Assembly (NCBI GenBank): GCA_965279525.1
Contig: CBDIIB010000005.1
Location: forward strand, 1,024,001-1,088,000
Source: Tagaea sp.
GTDB lineage: Bacteria > Pseudomonadota > Alphaproteobacteria > CACIAM-22H2
Length of the DNA: 64,000 bases
Reading direction: 5' to 3'
Part shown: positions 19,827 to 27,493 of the stretch, piece after piece
How the letters are laid out: every line of letters starts with the position of its first letter
Numbering within the stretch: the stretch's first letter is position 1
Notes under the pieces: generated by a model
The model's input: only the letters and a program-made list of their open reading frames with translations
The model's database searches: none
Told to the model about the DNA's origin: nothing
Position numbers and translations under genes: made by a program

Positions 19827-20650
19827 TGCTTCGTCGGATCCTTCTTGGCGTCCTGCTGCTTGGCGCCGCTCCAGCACACGCGCAGGAGCGCTTCATCACG
19901 GTCGCGTCGACGACGTCGACCGACCAGTCGGGGCTGTTCGGCCACCTGCTGCCGGCCTTCAAGCGCGCCTCGGGCATCGACGTGCGCGTCGTGGCGCTGG
20001 GCACCGGGCAGGCGCTCGACGTGGGCCGTCGCGGCGACGCCGACGTCGTGTTCGTCCACGACAAGGTCGCGGAGGAGAAGTTCGTCGCCGAAGGCTTCGG
20101 CGTCTCGCGTACCCAGGTCATGTACAACGACTTCGTCGTGATCGGCCCGAAGGCGGATCCGGCGAAGGCCGCCGGCCTCAAGGACATCCTCGAGGCGTTC
20201 CGGCGCATCCAGGCCACACAGGCGCCCTTCGTGTCGCGCGGCGACAAGTCGGGCACGCATGCCGCCGAGCTGCGCTACTGGCAGGACGCGAAGGTCGATC
20301 TCGCCGCGACGAAGGGGACCTGGTATCGCGACGTCGGCCAAGGCATGGGCCCGGCACTCAACACCGCGACGGGCATGAACGCCTATATCCTCGCCGACCG
20401 CGCGACGTGGCTCAACTTCAAGAACCGGGGCGAGCTCGATATCCTCGTGCAGGGCGACGAGAAGCTGTTCAACCAGTACGGCGTGATCCTCGTGAATCCT
20501 GCGCGCCATGCCGGCGTGAAAAAGGAAATGGGCCAGGCCTTCATCGACTGGCTCGTCGGCCCCGACGGGCAGCGCACGATCGCGGATTACAAGATCGGCG
20601 GCGAATCGCTGTTCTTCCCGAACGCGATCAGCGTGAAGCCACGGTCGTGA
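19820..20650 (+). CDS. tupA: Tungstate ABC transporter substrate-binding protein
   Basis: ASTTSTDQSGL signature, GTGQAL, MYNDFV, FVSRGDKSGTH, LFNQY. Confidence 0.92.
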   Translation: MVMLRRILLGVLLLGAAPAHAQERFITVASTTSTDQSGLFGHLLPAFKRASGIDVRVVALGTGQALDVGRRGDADVVFVHDKVAEEKFVAEGFGVSRTQVMYNDFVVIGPKADPAKAAGLKDILEAFRRIQATQAPFVSRGDKSGTHAAELRYWQDAKVDLAATKGTWYRDVGQGMGPALNTATGMNAYILADRATWLNFKNRGELDILVQGDEKLFNQYGVILVNPARHAGVKKEMGQAFIDWLVGPDGQRTIADYKIGGESLFFPNAISVKPRS

Positions 20651-20654
20651 GGCG

Positions 20655-22340
20655 CTAGAAGCGCATCGACACGTCCCAGTAGATGCGCAGCGGCCGCTCG
20701 CCCTCGGTGAGCGAGGGCACGCGGGTCAGCGGCTGGGCGAGCTCCAGCCCCGACGACAGCCAGTTGTCGTGCGCCACCTTGATGCCCACGCCAGCCGACG
20801 CGAGCGTCTGCGTGAACGACGAACCGCTGCCGCGCCGGTTCCACGCCCAGCCATAGTCGTAGAAGACGTAAGGCTGCCAGCCGGCCGTGGCGAGATCGCC
20901 GTAGCGGATGTCGAGCGCCGAGCCGGCACCGTTGACACCCGTGATCTCCGACGGATCGTAGCCGCGCCCGAAGCGCCCGCCGCCAAGCGAGAACTCCTCG
21001 CCCGAATAGAGCCGGTTGCGTGTCGCCTGGCCGGCCAGCGTCCACTGGGCGGTGAAGTCGTCGCTCAGGAGCTGGATGCGCCGGATCTCGCCGGTGAACT
21101 TGGTGAATTGCGGCTGCGCGTCGGAGCGGCTGTGCTGCAGGTCGTTCGGGTTCTCGGTGCCCAGCCCGATGATGCCCCGGACGATGCCCGCCGACAGCAC
21201 CGTGGCACCCTGCATGAAGCCCAGATGCGAGAATGTCAGCCGCGCGTCGGTCGCGAGGTAGCGGTCGCGCGTCAGGGGATCGCCGCGCACGAACGTCGCG
21301 GTGCGCGAGACGTAGGCCGACGTGTCGAACACGAGATTGACGCGCCGCGAGCGGATGACCGGATAGGAAAGGCGCGGCCCCAGGCGCCAGGCGGTCGTGT
21401 GGACCTGCAGCGCCTTCAGCGTGTGGCCGGGCCAGCCCCACGAATAGGTGGTGTCCCAGCCGAACACGAGCCCGTCGTCGCCGATCGGCTGGGTGTAGCG
21501 GAACACGCCCTGGCGCAGTTCGCGGTTGCTGTGCCGGGACGGGACCGTCGAGCCGCCGATCGTCAGCTGCTCGTTCAGGCCGAGCAGGCCGTTGAACGAC
21601 GTTTCGGCATAGACGGTGACCGGCCCCTGGAACTTCGACGCGCGGTTCGACACCGTCACGCTCGACTGCACCGTCTTCTCCTCGATCCGCACGAGGAGGT
21701 TGGACGAACCCGGCTCCTTGCCGGGGGCAAGCGTGCCTGCGGCACTGACGCCCGCAAGATCGCCGGCAAGCAGCAGCCCGCGTTCGATGGCCGCGAGGTT
21801 GGCGGGCCGTCCTTCGAAGGCGCGGCGCAGATAGGCGCGGATGCGCGCGCGCGCGGAATCCGAACCGCCGTCGAACTCGATCTCGGAAAGAAAGCCCTCT
21901 ACGACCTGGATGCGGAACGTGCCGTCGCCCACGCGCTGCGGCGGCACGAAGGCACGCGAAAGCACATAGCCGTCGGCCCGGTAGCGGTTCTCGATCGCCT
22001 CGGCCACCGCCGTGATCGCCGACAGGCCGAGCGTCTGGCCGATCAGCGGCTGGGTGAAGGCGGAAAGCTGGGCCGGGCTGTAGACGGTCGAGCCCTCGAC
22101 CGTGATTCGCGAAATGGGAAAGCGCAATTCGTCGACCGCCCGCCGGTCGGGTGCCCGCGGCTGGGCCGGGATCGACAGTTCGAGCTCGGCTTCGGGAACC
22201 GGCAGGCCGCGGCCGGGAATCCGTGGCTCGGCGGCCGGCGGCAGCACGAGCTGGGCCTGGGCATGGGTCGGCGCGACCGCGAGAAGCAGCAGCAAAAAGG
22301 CACGGATTACCAGTCGGGCGGGTCGTTTCGAGTCGGCCAT
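20655..22340 (-). CDS. ShlB/FhaC/HecB (TpsB) Omp85-family outer-membrane transporter
   Basis: Signal peptide; POTRA domain (ITVEGSTVYS...YRADGYVLSRAFVPPQ...IQVVEG); FSLGG..GRGY motif; terminal Phe. Confidence 0.88.
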   Translation of the reverse strand: MADSKRPARLVIRAFLLLLLAVAPTHAQAQLVLPPAAEPRIPGRGLPVPEAELELSIPAQPRAPDRRAVDELRFPISRITVEGSTVYSPAQLSAFTQPLIGQTLGLSAITAVAEAIENRYRADGYVLSRAFVPPQRVGDGTFRIQVVEGFLSEIEFDGGSDSARARIRAYLRRAFEGRPANLAAIERGLLLAGDLAGVSAAGTLAPGKEPGSSNLLVRIEEKTVQSSVTVSNRASKFQGPVTVYAETSFNGLLGLNEQLTIGGSTVPSRHSNRELRQGVFRYTQPIGDDGLVFGWDTTYSWGWPGHTLKALQVHTTAWRLGPRLSYPVIRSRRVNLVFDTSAYVSRTATFVRGDPLTRDRYLATDARLTFSHLGFMQGATVLSAGIVRGIIGLGTENPNDLQHSRSDAQPQFTKFTGEIRRIQLLSDDFTAQWTLAGQATRNRLYSGEEFSLGGGRFGRGYDPSEITGVNGAGSALDIRYGDLATAGWQPYVFYDYGWAWNRRGSGSSFTQTLASAGVGIKVAHDNWLSSGLELAQPLTRVPSLTEGERPLRIYWDVSMRF

Positions 22341-22469
22341 CGTCCTGACAACCGTAGTACACGACCGGACGGACTTTTGACAATTCGAGGTACCCGGCAA
22401 GCGTCGGTATTCGTTAAATCTTGTGGATTGAATGGATCGGCGCTAATTGACTCCTTGCGAGGAAAATCC

Positions 22470-23156
22470 ATGTCCATCCCCCCGTTTTCAGCCAAATCCG
22501 CAATTTCCGGCGCGATTCTGGCCGGCTTGCTCGTCGCCGCCGGCCCTGCCGATGCCCAGCAACGCCAGCCCCCCCCGCCGGCGGCGCCCGCCGCACCCGC
22601 GGCAGCGGCGGAGTTCAAGCTCAACGGATTCCGCTCGGCCAATTTCGGCATGACGGCCGAACAGGTCCGCCAGGCGATCCGCAAGGATTTCAGCCTCGGG
22701 CCCGACAAGATCGAGACGGCCGACAACGCGGTCGAACGCACGCAGATCCTTGCGGTCACGGTGAACGACCTGCTGCCCAACAGCGGCCCGGCGCAGGTCG
22801 CCTACGTGATCGGCTTCCGCACCAAGCAGCTCGTCGCGGTCACCGTGACGTGGGGCGGCTCGGTCAACCCGCAGCTTGCACCCGGACAGGCGGTCGAGTT
22901 CGCGCGCATGCTGCAGGGCTATCTGGCGGGCGTGGGGTACAAGCCCGAGACGATTGTCGCCGGCGCCCAGCAGGCGGACGGATCGATCGTGATGTTCCGC
23001 GGCGACGACTCGCAAGGCCGGCGCACGATCGTCGTGCTGGGCGGCGTGGCCGCACCCGAGGGCCAGAAGCCGGCCGGCCCGCCGGTCCTGCAGATCTCGT
23101 ACATCCGCGATCCGCAGACGCCCGACGTGTTCCAGATCCGGAAGGGCGACTTCTAG
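22470..23156 (+). CDS. Hypothetical exported protein
   Basis: Signal peptide ending AGPADA, Pro/Ala linker, GFRSANFGMT.EQV motif; RBS GAGGA upstream. Confidence 0.8.
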   Translation: MSIPPFSAKSAISGAILAGLLVAAGPADAQQRQPPPPAAPAAPAAAAEFKLNGFRSANFGMTAEQVRQAIRKDFSLGPDKIETADNAVERTQILAVTVNDLLPNSGPAQVAYVIGFRTKQLVAVTVTWGGSVNPQLAPGQAVEFARMLQGYLAGVGYKPETIVAGAQQADGSIVMFRGDDSQGRRTIVVLGGVAAPEGQKPAGPPVLQISYIRDPQTPDVFQIRKGDF

Positions 23157-23161
23157 ACGCG

Positions 23162-23677
23162 ATGTTCAAGCGCACGTTCCCCAAGGGCAAGGTCCTGTTC
23201 AAGGAAGGCGATCCGGGGCTCGAGGCGTTTCTCGTCGAAAAGGGCAAGGTGCTGATCCTGAAGATGGGGACCGAGGCGCCGATCATCGTGGCGAGCCTGG
23301 GTTCCGGCGCGCTGTTCGGCGAGATGGCGATCCTCGACGGCAGCCCGCGCATGGCGACCGCCGTCGCGGGCGAAGACACGGTGTGCGTGGTCATCAACAG
23401 CCAGCAGCTCACGCAGCGCATGATGATGCTCGATCCCGACCTGATGCGGCTCGCCACCTCGCTGATGGAGTACGTGCGCTCGACCGTGCCCTTCGAGATG
23501 CGCGCGAAGGCCGGCCTTTCCAACGAAGAGACCGTGCAGGACCGCCACGCGCGCCTGATGCTGCCGCGCCCGGAAGTGGTCGAAAGCTACGGCATCAAGG
23601 ACCCGATGCTGCGCGCGCTGTTCAACATGCTGTGCGACTACACGCGCCGGCGCCTGCCGCCCGCACCGGCCGGCTAG
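23162..23677 (+). CDS. Stand-alone cyclic-nucleotide-binding domain protein
   Basis: LFKEGDPG..AFLVEKGKV and FGEMAILDGSPRMATA motifs; no recognisable Crp HTH in the C-terminal extension. Confidence 0.88.
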   Translation: MFKRTFPKGKVLFKEGDPGLEAFLVEKGKVLILKMGTEAPIIVASLGSGALFGEMAILDGSPRMATAVAGEDTVCVVINSQQLTQRMMMLDPDLMRLATSLMEYVRSTVPFEMRAKAGLSNEETVQDRHARLMLPRPEVVESYGIKDPMLRALFNMLCDYTRRRLPPAPAG

Positions 23678-23681
23678 CGCG

Positions 23682-26600
23682 ATGCAGCCCTTTCGCGCGC
23701 GCTTGCTTGTTGCCGCATTGCTGGCCGGCACGGCCGCCGTTTCCGGCTGCCAGTCGGCGGGAAGCGGCACGGGCCTGTCGCGCGCGGCGGGCGAGAACCT
23801 GTCGGGCGATGCCTGCCGCGCCGAGCCGCGCCGGGGCCAGTCGCGCACCGATACGCCCGTTCTCGACATCACCTGCACGGGCAGTGCGCGCGTCGCGGGA
23901 TCGGTCGTCCAGCTCGGCGCGCAGCGCGGCGCCCCTGCCGACGGGCCGGCACGTCAGGCGCATTTCGCGCAAGCACTGGAATCAAGCGCCCCGATGCGGG
24001 CACTGGGTACGCGCGCCACGTGCGAAACGCCGCAATGGATCGCCACGCAAGCCGAACCCGAACTGCTGGTGGCGCGCTGCGCGCTGAAGGACGGCGGCTG
24101 GCCCTATCTGGTGGCGGGCCTCGCGGCGGGCGACGCGCTGGCGTTCGGCGAAGGCCAGCCGTCGGCTATTCCGGCCCTCGCCCATGCGATGCGCCAGGGG
24201 CTGCCGGGCACGGCCGCGCGCGACGTCGCCCCGCTTGTACCCGCCGAGCGCCAGGCGCTGACGGCGAAGCTCGAACAGGTTTTCGGCGGCGGCACGGCGC
24301 TCGCCGGCGATTCCGCCGGCGCCTATCAGGATTTCGTCGAGCTCGCGCGCCTCTACAACAGCACCGGCAACCACGCGGGCGCCGAGACGGCCTACCGGCG
24401 TGCACTCGAGCTGCAGACCGCGGCCCTCGGCGCCGAGCATGCCGGCATCGGCACGACGCTGACGCTGCTGGCGATGGAGATCTCGAACCAGGGGCGCGGC
24501 GAGGAAGCGGACGCGTTCTTCCGGCGCGCCGAAGCGCTCGTCATCAAGTCGCCCGATCCGGGCGAGTATCCGCGCTATCTGGGCTATCTGGGCATGCATG
24601 CGGCCAACCAGCGCCAGTTCGACCGGGCGCTGGCGGTGGCGCGCGACACGATCCAGCGCCGGCGCGACCTGATCGAGCGGCTCGGCGGCGGCATTCCCGC
24701 CGGGCTCGACGCGGGCGGCGGCGGGTCGATCTTCGGCGGGGCCGTCTTCCTGCAGGCGGAACTGGCGCACGCGCTGATGTTCGCGTCGGCGATGGCGCTG
24801 CGCACCGGCGACCTTGCCGGTGCGGAAGCCCATGCGCTCGAAGCGCGCCGCATCGTCGACCGCACGCCGGGCCTGCCGGCCTGGTGGCAGCCGCAGGCGA
24901 TCGGGCAACTTGGCGAGGTGCTCGCCGCGCGCGGCGATTTCCGCAATGCCGAACGGCTGCTCGCGTCGGCCGCCGAGTTGCGCTTGCGCGTGTTCGGCAC
25001 GGGCTGGCCGGTGGCGCAGGGGCTGATGGCGCTGGGCCGCGCGCAGTCGGCCGACGGCCGCTATCCGGAATCGATCGGGAACTATCGCGGCGCCTTGCGC
25101 CTCATCGTGGCCGAAACGCCGACGCGCAATCTCAATTTCGACCAGATCCGGCCCTTCCTGGAGGCAGGCGAAGCGCAAGGCCGCCGCGTGCCGGCCGAGG
25201 CCGCCGCCCTGCATGCCGAGATGTTCGCCGCCGTGCAGCTGATGCGCGAGGGCACGATGGGCCGTGCCGTCGCGCGCACCGCCCAGCGCGTGGCAGCCGA
25301 CGATCCGCGCATCGCGGCCCTGGTGCGCGACCATGGCGAGGCCACGCGCCGGCGCGACCGGCTGCAGGTCGACCTCGCCGGCGAACTGGGCCGGCCCAAT
25401 CAGTCGCGCGATGCCGCCCGCGTCGAGCGTCTGCGCGGCGAGCTGGGCCAGCAGAACCAGCGCATCGCCGCCCTCAATGCCGAGATCGAGACGGCCGCTC
25501 CCGGTTTCGAGCGGCTGGTGTCGCCCAAGCCCGTCGATCCGGCCACGCTCGCCAAGGCGCTAGGCCCGCGCGAGGCGTTGGCCGTCTATGCGGTCGGGCC
25601 GGACGGCGCGTTCGCGTTCCTCGTGCGCGCGTCGGGCGTCGTCGCGGTCAAGCTCGACACCGACGAAGTACAGCTCGCCGAGCAGGTCAAGGCGCTGCGC
25701 GGCGCTTTCGAGATCCGCGATCGCAACGTCGCCCCGTTCGACACCGCACTTTCCCACCGGCTCTACCGCACGCTCGTGGGTCCGCTCGAGGCCGAGCTTG
25801 CCGGCATCGAGCAGCTCTATGTCGTGGCCAACGGGGCACTCGCGAGCCTGCCCTTCGGCATCCTTGCCGCGGCACCGCCGGCGGCGGCTCCGGCCGGCGA
25901 CTATTCGCGCGTGGCGTGGCTTGCCCGCCGCGTGGCGATTTCCAACCCGCCGTCGGTGCGCGCGTTCCTCGAGCTGCGCGCACTCGCCCGCCGGCCGTCG
26001 GCGCCCGAGCCGCTGCTCGCGCTGGCCAATCCCGATTTCGCCGGCGGTGCGCCGGGCGGGCTTGGCGCCCTTGCCGGTGCGTGCCGCACCGAAGGGGCGG
26101 TACCTTCGGCGCTGATCCGGGCCCTTGCCCCGTTGCCCGAGACGGCCGACGAAGTGCGCCGCGTGGCCGCCACGCTCAATGCCGGCAGCGATTCGCTGCT
26201 GCTGGGGGCCAACGCCACGGCCGCCAACCTGCGTAGCCGCCAGCTCGACCGCTATCGCGTCGTCTACTTCGCCACGCACGGGCTGCTGCCGGGCGAGCTG
26301 CGCTGCCAGGCCCAGCCCGGCCTTGCGATGTCCGCACCGGCAACCGACGTGAGCGACCCGCTGGTCGACGGCCTGCTGGAAGCCGGCGAGATCGCGAGCC
26401 TGCGCCTGGACGCCGATCTCGTCGTGCTGTCGGCGTGCAATACGGCCGCGTCGGGCGAACGGCTGGGCGGGGAATCGCTGTCGGGCCTTGCCGAGGCGTT
26501 CTTCTTCGCAGGGGCCCGAAACCTGCTGGTGACGCACTGGCAGGTCCCCTCGCAGCAGACCGTGGCGCTGACCACGGGCATGTTCGAGCGGCTGGGCGGT

Positions 26601-26747
26601 GACCTCAAGCGCGGGATCGCGCCGGCCCTGCGCGCGGCACAGATGGCGCTGGCCGACGTGCCGGCCACCTCCCACCCGTTCTTCTGGGGGGCGTTCGTGC
26701 TGCAGGGCGACGGGGCGGCGGTGGCGCCGGCGGGCAACCCGAGCTAA
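23682..26747 (+). CDS. TPR-CHAT (caspase-like) lipoprotein
   Basis: Lipobox VSG-C, TPR-like helical repeats, CHAT motifs YFATHGLL, VVLSACNT, HPFFWGAFVLQG. Confidence 0.9.
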   Translation: MQPFRARLLVAALLAGTAAVSGCQSAGSGTGLSRAAGENLSGDACRAEPRRGQSRTDTPVLDITCTGSARVAGSVVQLGAQRGAPADGPARQAHFAQALESSAPMRALGTRATCETPQWIATQAEPELLVARCALKDGGWPYLVAGLAAGDALAFGEGQPSAIPALAHAMRQGLPGTAARDVAPLVPAERQALTAKLEQVFGGGTALAGDSAGAYQDFVELARLYNSTGNHAGAETAYRRALELQTAALGAEHAGIGTTLTLLAMEISNQGRGEEADAFFRRAEALVIKSPDPGEYPRYLGYLGMHAANQRQFDRALAVARDTIQRRRDLIERLGGGIPAGLDAGGGGSIFGGAVFLQAELAHALMFASAMALRTGDLAGAEAHALEARRIVDRTPGLPAWWQPQAIGQLGEVLAARGDFRNAERLLASAAELRLRVFGTGWPVAQGLMALGRAQSADGRYPESIGNYRGALRLIVAETPTRNLNFDQIRPFLEAGEAQGRRVPAEAAALHAEMFAAVQLMREGTMGRAVARTAQRVAADDPRIAALVRDHGEATRRRDRLQVDLAGELGRPNQSRDAARVERLRGELGQQNQRIAALNAEIETAAPGFERLVSPKPVDPATLAKALGPREALAVYAVGPDGAFAFLVRASGVVAVKLDTDEVQLAEQVKALRGAFEIRDRNVAPFDTALSHRLYRTLVGPLEAELAGIEQLYVVANGALASLPFGILAAAPPAAAPAGDYSRVAWLARRVAISNPPSVRAFLELRALARRPSAPEPLLALANPDFAGGAPGGLGALAGACRTEGAVPSALIRALAPLPETADEVRRVAATLNAGSDSLLLGANATAANLRSRQLDRYRVVYFATHGLLPGELRCQAQPGLAMSAPATDVSDPLVDGLLEAGEIASLRLDADLVVLSACNTAASGERLGGESLSGLAEAFFFAGARNLLVTHWQVPSQQTVALTTGMFERLGGDLKRGIAPALRAAQMALADVPATSHPFFWGAFVLQGDGAAVAPAGNPS

Positions 26748-26757
26748 TATGTACGCC

Positions 26758-27471
26758 ATGCGCAACGCGTGGCCCCTCCTCCTCGGCCTGCTGATCGGTG
26801 TCCCGCCCCTCTTTTCCCCGGGGGCCGGGGCGAACGAGCTTGTCGTGGTCGAGGCCAAGGGCGTGGAACTCGCCCCGGGTGCCAAGGTCGACGGCACGAA
26901 GGTGCTGCAGCTTGCCGCCGGCCAGCGCGTGACGCTGATCGCGGCCGACGGGCGCACGGTCAAGCTGCGCGGCCCCTATGAAGAAGCGCCGGCCCCCGCC
27001 GCCGGCCAGACCGCCAGCATGGGCGACGCGCTCAAGAACCTGATGAACCAGCGCGGCTCCGGCACGGCCCAGCTCGGTGTCGTGCGCGCCGCGGGCGACG
27101 CGGCCGAACTGCCCGAGCCGTGGCTCGTGGACGTGGGCCGTTCGGGTGCGCGCTGCCTCCAGGCCAGCGGCGTGCCGGTGCTGTGGGGACCGAAATTCGC
27201 CGCGAACACCGAGCTTGCCATCGAGCCCGCCGACCGCAGCTGGCGCGCCAAGGGCACGTGGCCGGCCGAGACCGACCGGCTGGCGCTCGCCGGCCGCATC
27301 CCGCTTGCCGACGGCGGCTCGTATGTGTTCGACGTCGGCGGCAATCCCGCCAACGTGACGATCCACCGGATGCCGGCGGGCTTCGCCGATCCGGTGCTGC
27401 AGGCGGCCTGGATGATCGAGAAGGGCTGCGAGGACCAGGCGCGGGCACTGGTACGCGAAGCGCAACGTTGA
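26758..27471 (+). CDS. Hypothetical exported protein
   Basis: Signal peptide; sits between the CHAT and cyclase genes with short spacers; host-like codon usage. Confidence 0.75.
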   Translation: MRNAWPLLLGLLIGVPPLFSPGAGANELVVVEAKGVELAPGAKVDGTKVLQLAAGQRVTLIAADGRTVKLRGPYEEAPAPAAGQTASMGDALKNLMNQRGSGTAQLGVVRAAGDAAELPEPWLVDVGRSGARCLQASGVPVLWGPKFAANTELAIEPADRSWRAKGTWPAETDRLALAGRIPLADGGSYVFDVGGNPANVTIHRMPAGFADPVLQAAWMIEKGCEDQARALVREAQR

Positions 27472-27493
27472 AGATAAGGGCCGGGGGTTGACG

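Noticed and set aside
20769-22469. N-terminal extension of the 795-aa ORF 20769-23156
   Set aside because: Antisense to TpsB; the real gene starts at 22470 with an RBS and a signal peptide.
23682-26747. CHAT protein as part of a Craspase or other CRISPR-linked defence system
   Set aside because: No Cas7-11 or array in the window; the protein has a lipoprotein signal and host-like GC.
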